DNA of 64,000 nucleotides, from the NCBI GenBank assembly GCA_050273025.1, contig CP158635.1:4836001-4900000 (forward strand), given 5' to 3'. The notes under the pieces were generated by a model that was not told where the DNA came from, searched no databases, and saw only the letters and a list, made by a program, of their open reading frames with translations. Each line of letters begins with the position of its first letter. Position 1 is the first letter of the stretch. This document shows, piece by piece, positions 39,874-54,536 of this stretch. The position numbers and the translations under genes are program-made. The stretch comes from Cenococcum geophilum (taxonomy: Eukaryota).

Positions 39874-40561
39874 CAGTGTGTCCAACAGTCAGCTAGCTGC
39901 GAGCTTCAGCTTTTATAGCCGACTGACTGCGTCAATTGGACCGTTCGCTGTCCGCTGACTGCAAGGTAGGGTACGCTGACTTTCACGCTGTCAGCTAGCT
40001 GTCCCAATTAGGAAAGTGATATAGACTTTATGGTATTTCATTGCGGATTTTTGGCAGCACCTCTCTATGTACAAATATTGACGTTACCCGATTAAATCTA
40101 ACCCCAATTCAGCCAATATAGTATTTAAATATAGCTAAATTCGTCCTGCGCACCCACAGATGTTTAGAAAGGTAGAACGTTTAGTAGTAATATTAGTGGC
40201 AAGGTTAGAAAGAAGGCATTAGTAAAGGCTCTGGAGGCTCTATTTCTATATTAGATTTGATTAAATACAAAGCTCTATTAAATATATCTTACCAAGCTGG
40301 CTTTTCTGCCTCCGTAGTTGGATTATAGCCAGTAAGATTAATATCTAAGCTTATTAACTAAGGTGTAGTTAAACCTCTATTAAAGTTAATATAGTTAATT
40401 AAACTGTTTAATAAAAAGGCCTTTAATTAACCACCACTTTTAATATTGATCTGCTTTAATTGTGTCGGCTAATATTTAATTACGCTTATTAGTAACAATC
40501 CTTTTAGCTTAGTTAAAGGCTCGTTTATATATAGAGCTTATCGCCAGTATAGAGAATATAT

Positions 40562-40972
40562 TAGTGTTTTTATCTATATTTAATATCAATATAAAAGCGT
40601 ATTAATATTGGTATTGAACCGCCGACTTATATTGACATTTTATTAAATATTAAATATTAAGCTAAGCCTCTATATAAAATCAAAGCACGTAATAAGTAGG
40701 ATCCGTGCATAGGTAGTTAGACGCTATACCTACCCCCCTCCCTCCTACCCTCTACCTCTCCCTCGTCTTTTACCCGTCCTCTATATAGTTATATAGATAA
40801 AGTAGGGGTATAGTATAGGTGGAGATATAGAAAAGAGGTAGGAAATAGGTAAAATAGAACAATACTGCTATATTTATTATAAAATATTCAATATTTAATA
40901 TACTGAATATTAACACTTTTTGTATTGATATTGAATATTAAACATCAATATTAAATATGGATAAAAACACTA
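40562..40972. mobile_element. hAT-type MITE (411 bp)
   Basis: TIR tagtgtttttatctatattt / aaatatggataaaaacacta; 8-bp TSD gaatatat at 40554-40561 and 40973-40980; subterminal aatatt repeats. Confidence 0.88.
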
Positions 40973-43900
40973 GAATATATTAAGGGCAATTTTAGTAAGT
41001 ATTTAATAGAGAATTTGACCGATTTTAAGCCACTAGTTATTACAGCATTAACCTAACGCATACTGTTTCATACTGTCTCGTACTGTCTCGTACTGTTTCC
41101 TACTATTAGCTAGTCCACCACTAGCGCCTTAGCGGCTGGCCCTACTATTTATATACAATACTCCCTTTTACCTTCTTCTCCTCTTTATACTACAACGTAG
41201 TTATTTAGTCTACTTTATTACAGCACTATAACAGTTTATAGTATCCCTAATTACGCCCCATTACAACCTTTATTTTTTCCTAGTTTATTATTTTTATTTT
41301 CCCAGTATAATTGCAACTTAGTGTAACTAATAATACTATACCATAAGTCCCAAATAACCTTAGCACAGTTATAGATAATCTTAGTACTATAGCCAGCCTT
41401 ATAGACTTTAATTGCCTTATATAGATCCCTTAAAATAGGCGACTATAATATAAATAATACCCTATTAGCGAACATACGCAAAGTACTTGCCTGCCTTTTT
41501 AATACCTCCTATACCTATATTACCTAGGCAATTAGGAGTAGCCTAGAGTACCTTAAGGACCTTAACGTAGCAGAAACCTTCTAGCACTTCTCTATATATA
41601 TAACTTTCCTAACTAGCGTTAAAAGCGGCCTTTAAGCCGTTTATAATAAAGGCCGAACTATAAAGTCCTAACTTAAAGAAGTTTAACATAGAATTAACTC
41701 CCTTAAGACACTTAAACTACGTATATAATAATACAATTAGTAAGCCTTTATAAATACTTAGACTATATAAAGTCTAAGCCTCTAGATTACTATACTTACC
41801 TAGACCATTGCTAACAAGAATACTGCTACTAGCTCTCCTTTTCTAACTAAGCCCTATAAAAAAAAGCGTAAAGTAAAAAATCTAACCCTATTTAGTAATA
41901 AGGGATCATTAACTAAAAAGTAAGAAATTTTTAAAATATAGGAAATAAAGATCTAAGGCGTTTTCTAAAGGGATATAAAGTGCTTTAAGACCTTAATAGA
42001 CGAAGTCCTCTATATATTAGATATACTAACAGATAAGGCTTATAACTATATTAAGTATAGCCTTAATATACTACGTATATACCTAAATAACTTAAGTAAA
42101 TAGACCTTCTCTAACTAAGAGTCTATGTTTATATATATAAGGAAGCACTATAAGAATATAGATATAACCCAAGCAGCTAAAAATAAGCTAGATATTTTAA
42201 GTTAAGGTAAGTATAACTACTAGTCCTAAAAAGTAGAGCTTAATAAGTTAATAATTAAAGCAAATAAGACTAAGGAATAAAAAGTAGATCTACTTAAGAA
42301 GAATATTTCCTTTAAGATAAAGGACCTAGCCCTTACCCTTAGCTATAAAATTAGCGATGCTAACTATAGAGGCTAAAGCGAGCAAATAAATATATTTGCT
42401 TATAACCTATAAAACCACGCCTACTATATTAAGCTAAATACCGCTAAGCTAAGTACTACTAGCGGCTATTAACCTATATTACTGTAGAATAACCTAATAG
42501 ACCTCAATACCGTTAAGTTTAGCAGTAGTAGTAATAGTCTCCCTAATAATGTCTAAAGATATTATACGGATAATAGACTTTATATAGCGTATAGTTAACC
42601 TAGCTACTAAAAAGATACTTATAACCCCTAGAAGAACCTAAATCCCCTTCTAATACTACCGCGCTAACCCCCTCCTAGCCGCGGCGGATTCTTTAATAGA
42701 GGGGATCGTAATTAAGGCGGTAACCGTAGATAAGGACGTAGGTTTAGACATAAAGACCTACCCCTATAATTCCCTTCCCTAATACAGCCTTAGCTAATAG
42801 TCCTATACGCAAACTACGGATAAGTACTCCGTGCTACTACTAATTGTAAGACTAGCTATATTATTAGTAAAGTACCCTCTAGCATATATATACCGTTAGA
42901 GACTAATACTTTAGGATATACTAGCCAAAACCATAGCTACTAGCCAAGCCCTATAATTTAGCCATTAAAAGGCTAACCCTTAGACTAAGTTGCCTTTAAG
43001 GGTTAGAACTATATAGGAAGGAGGATAAAAGGATTAGATTTATACTACTAGATTAGTTAGATCTTATTTTAAGCTAGCTACTACTTAACCTTAGAATAGT
43101 AAATAGCGATAAAAATGCCATCCTTATTTAGACCTACATCTCCTTACTATATAACCTACTTCTATAAGTTCTTATTAAAACAGTAAGCCTTATTAATACT
43201 AGTAGTATAGCACTAGTGTTTATAGATAAAGACTTGCTTATAAAAAGCATAATATTATAATAAAAAGACTCCTAGTTTTAAAACCACTTCGCCTTACTAA
43301 TAAACTCCTATCTAGGTTTATTACCTACTACTTTATAGTAATAATAATAATTAGCTACTATATAAAATCTATACTCTTCTATATTATAAAGTTATTACCC
43401 TCTATACTAGTAATTCTTAAAATACCCTAGCTTAAAAGGCATAACCTAAGGGCAGACTTCCCTGCCCTAGAGCTTAAGTTTAACTCTAATTACTATACCT
43501 ATAACCGTCTCCTATAGCACATTCCTAACTATAACTAAATATTACTATATGGACGCATTACACGGCTAACGCTTAGATACTATTAGCTAATAGTAAAAGA
43601 GGTGCCTAATACTAGTAAGCTAATATACGCAGTAAACTAAGCAGAGATTCTAAAAGACTGGACTACTACCCTATTCCCTAAAAAATAAATACCGCTAGAA
43701 CTATAAGTCCCCTATATACACCCGCTTAACCTAGGTTAACTAATAAAATACCTAACTCTAAGTTATATACTATACGCATATGCGACTGCATATATAACAG
43801 TTAAGGGCGTTATAGCTAAAACCAAAACTAGAGTAATTAAGACCTCCCCCCTATAACGCCTAACCTTATACTTATTTCCTACATATACCGTATAGGGCTG

Positions 43901-46592
43901 CCGCCTTATTTCCGCCCCCCTAGGCTAACTAAGCTGTGCTAGCCTAGCTGTAACACTAGAGAACTAAACATGCCCTAACTTGGACGATATTAGATATACT
44001 TATACCGTTAATTTTACCTAGTTTTATAAATAAAAAAATATAAAGGTAATAAGGATCTCTATAGCGGAGCTAGTAGAACTAGTTAAATAAAAAGAGCATT
44101 AATAGCTGCTTAAGGAGCTGCCTACAGGCCTAATAGAAGTACTAAACCTATTAGAAAAGTCTTTCTGCTAGCTAGTAGAAAGTAACTATATAATAGACAA
44201 AGCCCGTAAAGCACTACCCCCTTATTTTTATAACTTCTTTAAGATAAACCTAAAAATTAAGTCTAAGTTTCTACGCCAAAAGATAGTTAATACTAATATT
44301 AAGAAATTTCTAAAAGGAAAACCAGGATTAACCCGTAAAGATATTTTATAATACTTACTAAAAGAGTTTTACAAATATATTAAACACTTCCTCCCTAAAA
44401 ATATAGATAAGCTACCCCCTTACTAACTATAGGACCATAAAATTAAGATTATACCTAGAAAGTAGGCCCCGTATTATAAAAATAGACTACTTTACTTACT
44501 AAACTTAGTTATATAAAGAAGTGGATTAATAAGATACTAGATAAGGGTTTTATCCGTAAATTAACCTTATTAGCCGCCGTACTGCTTTTCCTTACTATAA
44601 AACCTAGTAGTGGTATATAAATCTACTATAATTACTAAGGCCTAAACATAGTTACTATTAAGAATTGGTATCTATTGCTACTAATCTACGAGATACTTAA
44701 TGCACTCTATAGTACTAAGTACTTTACTAAGCTTAATATAATTATTATATTTAATTGGATCCGGATTATAGAAGGCCATAAGTGGCTTATAGCATTTATT
44801 ACCCGGTTTAGGCTCTATAAAATATTAGTTATACTATTTAGTCTCTATAACGTACTCGCTATATTTTAAAACTATATTAACTATATTCTATATAACACCC
44901 TTAATAACTACTGCACTACGTATCTTAATAATGTCCTTATCTTTTTAAAAACACGTACTAAGCATATAAAATATATAAATAAAATTATCTAGAGACTTAG
45001 TAATGCTAGACTCTAGGTTAATATAAATAAGTTTAAGTTTTATGCTACCAAAATAAAATACCTTAGCTTAATTATCTTAACTAACGGCATAACTATAGAC
45101 CTTAAGAAGGTACAGGCCTTACAGAAATAGAAGAACCTGATATTAGTTAAAGAACTATAGCAATTTCTTAGCTTTATAAACTTCTACTAACAATTTATCT
45201 AAGGCTGCTCTAAGGTAGTTAAGCCTATAACTAGGTTACTAAAGAAGAGCATTAGCTGGTTATAGGGCCCTAACTAAACATAGGCATTCCAGACCCTAAA
45301 AATATCGTTTACTATAGCACCGGTCCTAGCGTATTATAACTATATAAAGAAGACTATAGTAGAGATAAACGCCTTAAACTAGGCTTTAGGTAAAGTGCTT
45401 TATTAAGCCAATAAAAGTAATAAGCTTAAGCTAGTTACATTCTTCTCTACTAAGCATTTAGCCCCTAAATATAACTATAAAATATATAATAAGGAGCTCC
45501 TAGTAATTGTTAAGGCACTAAAAAAATAGTGCCCTAAACTATAAGGAACTAAGCAGCTATTTAAAATTATTATAGACTATAAGAACCTCTAAACCTTTAT
45601 AACAATAAAATAATTAAACTAGTGCTAAGTCCGCTAGGCTAAGTTCCTTTCCTAATTTAACTTTATTATTGCCTATAGGCCTAGCACTAAAGCTACAATC
45701 CTAGACGCCCTTAGCCGCCTCCTAGGCGTTATACCTGCTGATGCTAATAATAAACGTCTATAATACTAAGACCGCGTTATTTTACTACTAAAGAAAGTTA
45801 ACCCTACTATCCTAGAAGAGCTATTAAGCGAGTCCCAAGACTAGAGCATTAAAGACTTTATTATAGTAATAGACCTAAAGCTTAAGAAAAAATCCCTTAA
45901 GGAGCTTATTAAAAATGCCTATATAGAGAATAAACTCGCTAGGAATATATTAGCTATACTATACAAACGGGAAGACTATAAAGTATACCGTTAACCTAAG
46001 TAGATTAGAAAGCTACTCCGCTATAATAAATCTAAATATTTAATTATTAACGGCCTAATTTACTATAGAAATTATTTATTTATCCCTAATTTACCTAAAC
46101 TTTAACTAGAAGTTATACACCATATATATAATTTAGGCCCTATAGGTTACCTAGGCCGCGTTAAGATACTAGACCTCCTTAATTAAACGTATTAATAGCT
46201 AGGTATTTTATAGTTTACGGCTACTTTTATAAGAGACTGCGCCCTTTACTTCCGTATAAAGACCCTATACTTAGTACCGCCTAGTTTCCTAAAACTACTA
46301 GAACTACTAGTCTACCTATAAACTAATATCTCTATTAACTACATCGTTGACCTACCTAAGTGCCTTTATAACGGCAAAATATATAGATATATCTTTGTTA
46401 TTATTAACCGCCTAATAAAGATAAGACACATTATTCCTATTACTAGCCTAGATACTAAGGAGCTTATTAAAGCATTTATCTACACTATTTATAAGTTATA
46501 CAGCGTTCTAAATACCATTATTTTTAATAGAGGCTCTTTATTCGTTTCTAACTTCTAGCGTTGCCTAAACTAGCGCCTAAAGGTAACCCTAA

Positions 46593-49500
46593 TATTACGG
46601 ACGCTTTAAGTACAATGTTATAACTACTAGGAGAGGAGTTGGAAGAAGCTAGTTAGTTAATCTAGGCACGGTCTAGAATGGAGCTGGTAGAACTATGTGA
46701 CAAGGAATAGTAACTAAGGTCATATAATATGCTACGTATTAAACGAGAGGAACGAGAGGAACTTACGTACCTTATATATAACACGTACATCACGTATAAG
46801 AAGGATTTCCTAAGAGTACGGTTGTGTATTTAAGGACCCTTAGTCCCTACCTAGATAGTTCCTTCCTTATAGTAATTCTCAGAATATAATTAGAGTTAAT
46901 CTGTTAGGCAACCACTCCACCAGTTATTATTACATTATTAACTTTTATACTTATATTTCCTATACACCTAGCCCAATAACAAGCCCATTGTAGTTCTTAC
47001 TATAAGGTTTTATTACACAATTACTACCCGGTTACGGTATTAATATAAAAAGTTAAATAACATGCTACTAAAAGCAGCCACTATAACGCCATTAACGGCG
47101 GCAACTACTTTAAGGTTAGGTAACGACACCAGTATAGCAGACACTAACTTATAGCAACCTATAACGGTTGGATAGCTATAAGAGATAGTTAACTAGTTAA
47201 TAGAAAATAATACAATGTTAGAAAATAGGATTAACGGGATAGGCGCAGCAAAGGTTAAGTTACTATTAATTAAAAGGTACTCAGGAAAGAGATTAAAGCT
47301 TAAAGGATTTCTTACGCAAATGCACTTTAAGGTAGCGTAGGAAGGAGCAAAGCTGGCAACATCTATAGATTAAATAGCCTATATAGGACTATTCTTAACA
47401 GAAAGGGCACTTAAGTGGTTTAAGCCTTACCTTATAGAGATACAAGCGAATAGCATAACAACTACTAACTAAGAGGTACGGTTTATATTCTTAAGCTAGA
47501 ATAGATTTATAGAATAACTTATATAAATATTTAGAGACCTAAAGGCAATAACTATAGTAGAAAGGAAACTCCAAGATATTACGTAATAAACCTTAGCAAT
47601 TAAGTATATAACGTAGTTCCAGACATTAGTAATATAAGTAGAGTAGAATAATAGGGCGCTTATGGCACAGTATAAATAGGGACTTAAGGCTAAAGTCTAG
47701 GACGTAATTATTCTAATAGAAGATGCGGATACCCTAAGGGAATTAATAGATTAAGCAATTAGGATTAATAATCGGATCTACTAAAGGGAATAGGCTAAGA
47801 AAGGTTAGGATAAAGTTCTATAGTTATATAAGGCGTAAAGTACGTAACAACTAAAGCCAAGTTAAAACCTATAGTATAGCGTAGAGCTAATAGACCTAAG
47901 TGGTACTAAAAAAGCCCGTAAGAAAGGGAGTAGAAAACTATAGTAACCTAAAGGATAAGGATTAAGTAATTAAAGGCTTAAGGAGCAGAGGCCGAATTAG
48001 GGATCTTAGCAGTAGAAGACATTTAGGCGGACTCTATAGCAAGAAAAATGGTTTAAAGAAGGAGCTTATATAAATTACGGAAAACAGGGTTATTATATTA
48101 GAGACTATAGAAGTGGGTAGAGTTACTATATAGTAAAAGGTATAAGACTAGTAGATAACATATATATATAGAGGGATAATAATATACTATAAGGAATAAA
48201 AGAATATTTAATTAGAAGTTTTGCGTTTTGTTATAATAATATATACTAAATTTATAAGGACGCTAAGTATAGCGTAAGCTATTAGCTATAAAAGCCAGCA
48301 CCTATAAGATATAGAGGAACTAACAAACCAGTTCATAGATCGGATATTAAGGACAATAAATTTAATATAGGCAAAACATTTTATAACAATAAGGCAACGG
48401 AAGCAGCTTACTAGGAGCACGTAGACCTTAAAGATATTATACTAGAGGTAGAGGATAATTCCACTATAGAATAGGGAACATTAGTAGGGATTAAGACCCT
48501 ATTAGACACAATGTCTATCGCTTCGCAAGATACAAAAGAAGTAGGGCAGCAAACTACTTCGGCACTTAATAAAGGTAAAAGGCCATAAGCTTAAGATTCT
48601 TAAGACAAGATATAAGATAACTAAGATTCTTAAGATAAGATAAGGCAAGCTTAAGGACCTATAACGGACAATAACCAATGGAGCAGAGTAATGGCTTAGT
48701 TTAGTAATATACGAATAAGCTTAGGACAAAGTTTCCTAAAGGCACAAGACTCTTAAGATAAGATAAATAAGATTTAAGACTCTTAAGACGAGATAAGAAT
48801 ACTAAGTAAGCCTAGTTAAACTAAGGCTAGAGTAAGGCTTAAGATAGAAGTAAGCTTAGGATTAAGAATCTAAAAGGGTTAAGAATTTAGGGAATAAATT
48901 AAGACACCCATAAATAAGAGGTAAGAGGCTTCTTTATAGATTAGAGAATCTATAGTATAAACAGCAATTAGACTAAGAGACAAGTATATAAACCTAGAGG
49001 ATTTACTAGTAGAATATAGTGTTTGGACTAAAGATCGAAAAGTTAATACCAAGATTAAGAAGTATAAAGACTTTAAGGATTTAAGCGTAAGACGCAAACC
49101 GAAAGAAACTATGAAAGAATTTAGACAAAGAATTATTGTATAGTAAGAATAAAAACTAGATAAGAGATTTAGTATATTAGGACGTATAAAGAATAGAGCA
49201 CCTATATAAAGAATTACTAATAGGCTAAGAGTAGGCACACTAAGAGCTAAGTGGCTTACTAAACTAGAAAATAAAGAGGATTTAGAAATTCTAACTAGGT
49301 TCGAAGAATGATATATAAAGGGCTATTACAATATAATAATAAGAAGATACTTCCTTACGGATAAGCCGTATATACTCTAGCAGCTATATTAAAAGTGGTA
49401 TAGATAAAGGCATAATAACGAGTGGGAAGATTTCTATATATAGTTAGATAAGAAAGTTATCTAAAACTACCCGATTATAAAGAAGGCCATAATATATATT

Positions 49501-52500
49501 AAAGGAGCCTTAATTATAATATTAAAAAATCTAGAGGAACATTTAGAGGACTAGAGAAGTAAGAGACGTATCTTAGTACCTATAAATAAAGTTATAACGT
49601 TTAGATTAGCATAATAAAGGTTTAAACTTAAAGATAAAGATAAGTTAAGAGTTAACCTAAAGCACCTAGCACACTATATACTATTATGGATTGCATATAT
49701 AGACAACATATACGAGATATATAAGAATCCAAAAGAAAAGAATTGGAAATACCTTATAAGAATATACTAGATAATAGACGAGTAATAGTATAGAAATACT
49801 AAATATATACATAGATGGTATCTAGCAGAAGTCTAAAAGGAAGGAAGTTTAGTATTTTAACTAGGAAGATTCCTTATAGAAGAATGCTTAAATGGATAAT
49901 AGTAGTGGGAATGCCTAGAGAATATATATTTATAGTATATTAAAGATAAAAAACGAACTAGGTATTAGCTAAAGAATAAGCTAAGTATAATAAGATTAAG
50001 TAGCTAATAGTTAGGAAAAGTAGAGGCCTATAAAACTAAAGGGAGCTAGTAGTAGAGCTTTAGACCCTTAAAGGAATTTAAGAACACCTAAATTTATAAG
50101 TTAAATAGTAAGATTAGCAGTTTAAAGCGCTAATAGATAGTGGAGTAATAAGGAACTATATTTTACTAGCAGCAGTTAAAAGAATAGGACTACCTTATAG
50201 ATAGAAGGAGGAATCTTACCTATTAGTAATAATTTTAGGAGATCCGATAGCCTATAGAGGAGGTATTATTAATCTTAAAACAGGACCTATTTAGATAACT
50301 ATTAAAGGAAGACGAATTAAGATGTCTTTTAATATCCTACTATTAGGACGGGATAAGGCAGTATTAAGTATACCTTAGTTATAGGAATATAATCTAAGGA
50401 TTAATTAGATAATAGGTTAGGTTAATATTAGAAATACTTAACGCCGTAAGATGTGATAATAAGCTAAGTTAGTATAGTACTAAGTAGGAGCAACCTATAA
50501 AGAAATAGAGAAAGGCTTAAGTTACGTACTAAAGAGATACTATAAGTATAGTAAGAAACTATAGTTATTAGAAAGTGAAAAGCTATTAAAGTATATAGCT
50601 TAGGACTATAAGATAGAGTTAGAACTAGGAATAAGTCTAAAGTTCTTTCCAATCTACAAGCTTACCAAAGAAGAAGGTAAAGCACTAAAAGAGTTTATCT
50701 AGGAAAATCTACAAAAGGGATACATTAGACTATTATAGTTATTAGCGGGATATCCAGTACTATTTATACTAAAGAAAAATGGCAAACTAAGGCTATATAT
50801 CGACTATAGATAGTTAAACAGCATTACCAGAAAGGATAGGTATCCTTTACCCTTAATTAGCGAAATCTAAAATAGAATAGGTAACGCATAAATCTTTATA
50901 AAGATAAATCTAAGATAGGCGTACCATTAAATTAGAATTAAGGAAGGCAATAAATAGAAGGCAGCCTTTAGGTTAAAGGAAGGACTATATAAACCATTAG
51001 TTATGCAATTTAGGCTTATAAACGCACTAGTAATATTCTAAAAGCGTATTAATAACGTATTAGGGGAATACTTGGATAAATTTATTATAGTATACCTTAA
51101 TGATATTATTATCTACTTAATAACTAAGGAAGAATACGGGGAATACATTAAATAGGTCTTAAAGAGACTATAAAAGGAATAGATACTAATAATAATTAAG
51201 AAATGCGAGTTCTTTACCAGGAAGACCGATTTTATTAAATTTATTATTAAACTAGGCCAACTCAGTATAGATCTAAAGAAAATTAAGGCTATAGTGAATT
51301 AGTAAGAACTAGAGAACGTTATATAGTTAAAATCGTTCCTAAAGTTTTATAATTACTATAGAAGGTTTATAGCATAATAGTTAAAGGATATTAAGCCATT
51401 TACATAATTAATAAAGAAAGAAGAACTATAGGCATAGGGAAAGGAACAAAAAAAACTCTTTAGGAAAGTTAAAGAGTTATTTACCTAAGAGCCAGTTCTT
51501 AAGATCTATTAACTAAGACTAGAAACGGTTATAGAAATAGATGCATTAGACTATATACTAGGGGCGTACTTTATATAGAAATATTAAGATAAATAGCACC
51601 TAGTAGCATACTATAGTCGGAAGATAATACTACCAGAGTTAAACTATAACATCTATAATAAGGAGTTATTAGGTATAGTTATAGTATTAAAGGAATAGAG
51701 AGTATTCTTATAAGGCATAAAGAAACCATTTATAGTTAAGATAGATTATAAGAACCTAATAGAATTCCTAATAATAAAGGAACTTAACTAAAGATAGGTT
51801 AGATAGGTAGAGATACTTATAGAATACCATTTTAAGATTTAGTATACTAAGGGTACAAATAATATATAAGCAGATGCTCTAAGTTATAAGGCTAAACTAC
51901 AGAACAATAAAAAGCCATTAGGGGCTTTACTGCGAAAAGATATAGACGGATTAATTAGGTATAATTATCCTAAAATTATAGTAACTTAAGAGGAACTAGA
52001 TAAGGTTTATAAGACACTAAAAAGCTTTTAGGTATAAAGAATTTTAAAGGCATAACTAGAAGATCTATAAATGGATATATATAAGAACCGAGAAGTAAAG
52101 TATATCCTAAGAAGTATAGCAGAGTAGTTTATAGAGGACTTCTATAAGGGATTAACTTAAGGATATAATAGAGCTATAGGCTTAGTATTAAGACTCTAGG
52201 AGGAGTATATTATTAACAGAATTTAAAATATTATAAGAAGAGTAATAAAGGAATATCTAGATTACTAAAGGAATAAACTAACGAGGCATAAGCCATATAG
52301 AGGGCTATAACCTATTAAAATACCAGAGAGACTATAGGAGGTCATATTATAGGACTTTATTATTAAGTTGCTAAAATTAAGAGATCCTATTACTAGACAA
52401 GATTATAATGCGATCTTAATAATAGTAAATAAGCTTATAAAGTAGGGATACTTTATAGTATGTATAGAAGAAATTTCAGCGGAAGATATTACTAGAATCT

Positions 52501-54536
52501 ATATTAAGGAAGTATTTATAAAACATAGAGCACTAAGTAAGATTATATTAAATAGAGATCTAAGATTTATAACAGTATTCTAGAAGGTATTCTTAGCAAA
52601 GTAAGGAGTTCGAGCAATAACTTTTACCGTATATTATCCGCAGATAAACGGTTAAATGGAAAAATTAAATTAGACACTAGAATAGTATCTAAAGCATTAT
52701 ATTAATTATATATAGAATAATTAGGTATTACTACTACCAGTTATATAGTTTATATATAATGCAACACCTTAAGAAGGAATAGGCATATTACTATTTAAGG
52801 CAAATTATGGATATAAGCTAAGAATATCGTTATTACTATAATAAGTAAAGAAAATAAGTAGTACAGCTAAAGAAAGGATAAAGACATTAATGAATCTTTA
52901 TATAGACCTTATAGAATTAGTAAAGAAAGTATAAAAAAGAATAAAAAAGTACTATAACGCTAAGAGATCTAAGGGACTAGATCTTAAGGAAGGAGATAAA
53001 GTATAGCTACTATATAAAAATTTTAAGAGTTAACGACTAAGTAAGAAGTTAAACTATATCAGACTAGGACCTTTTAAAATTATATAAAAAATTTCACTAG
53101 TTATATTTAAGTTGGACCTACTAGCCAAAATAAAGATCTACCTTATATAGTATATTATAATACTAAAGCCAGTATACGGGAATGTTAAGCTACTAGTTTA
53201 TAAAGAAGACACGTATAGAGGATAGGAAGAAGATAAATAGCAAGTTTTAAGGATTATTAGCTATAAGGATATTAATAATAAAATATAGTATAAGGTTAAG
53301 TAGATAGGCTACACTAAGACTACCTAGGAGCTACTAAAAAATTTAAAGAATGCTATAAGAAAGGTATAGGAGTATTGAAAGAGATTAGGTTAGGCAGTAT
53401 TAAAAAAAAGGATTACTAAAGAATAAGTTACCTAAGGGGGACCTAGGAAGAGTAGTTGCCAAACTACTTAGATCTATTTCCTTCTCTGTTAAAAGAGAAT
53501 CCGTTTTTTTATTACTAAGTTTCTATAAACCTTATTCTATAAGTTTCTACTTCTTAAAACGCACCTTTTTATAGACCTTCTTAAGACAAAGCAAATAAGT
53601 AGATGCCGTAATGCGAGTATTTAGGGCCTTCTATTTCATATTTTAAGAACATTTTAACTTAATAAGGGCTTAAGATAGTTTACCATCTAGCTATATAGCA
53701 GTAGATTAAATATAAAACCCTAAAACAAATTAATTAAGGAACTAGACAACTATTAAGAGTAATAGGTCGCGTATATTTAGTATTAGAAGTAAAGTAAACG
53801 TTATAGGACAAATAAATATTCGCTTTAGTGCACTTTAAGTAAGAGGACGGTTATCGCGAAGATAAGTTCGCTAACGCAATATAAACTAACCCCTTTTTTA
53901 AACAATAAGAATATAGAGACGGTATAATCTTATTAAGAGATAATATTACAGTAACAGTGTAAGCACGACATTGGGCGTATAAGGAAGAAATTACTTTAGG
54001 TATAATAAGTAATAATATTAACTAAATTAATTAGACGGATATTATACCTTTAGTAAATAACTTAGAGATATTTTAAATCTTTAAGGATAAAGATAAAGAG
54101 GAGGGAGATAGTATTACGGACGCTTTAAGTACAATATTATAACTACTAGGAGAGGAGTTAGAAGAAGCTAGTTAGTTAATTTAAGCACGGTCTAAAATAG
54201 AGCCGGTAGAACTATGTAATAAGGAATAATAACTAAGGTTATATAATATGCTACGTATTAAATAAGAGAAATAAGAGGAACTTACGTACCTTATATATAA
54301 CACGTATATTACGTATAAGAAGGATTTCCTAGGAGTACGGTTGTGTATTTAAGGACCCTTAGTCCCTACCTAGATAGTTCCTTCCTTATAGTAATTCTCA
54401 GAATACAATTAAAGTTAATCTATTAGGCAACCACTCCACTAGTTATTATTACGTTGTTGACTTTTATACTTGTATTTCCTATACACCTAGCCCAATAACG
54501 AGCCTATTGTAGTTCTTACTATAAGGTTCCGTTACA
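46593..54536 (+). mobile_element. Full-length Gypsy family B copy B2 nested in the integrase of D; LTRs 46593-47017 and 54112-54536
   Basis: 425-bp direct repeats; TSD cctaa; gag ATG near 47062; zinc-knuckle relic near 48065; RT relic YLND near 51092; PPT gaggagggagatag; reverse-complement similarity to B1. Confidence 0.95.
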
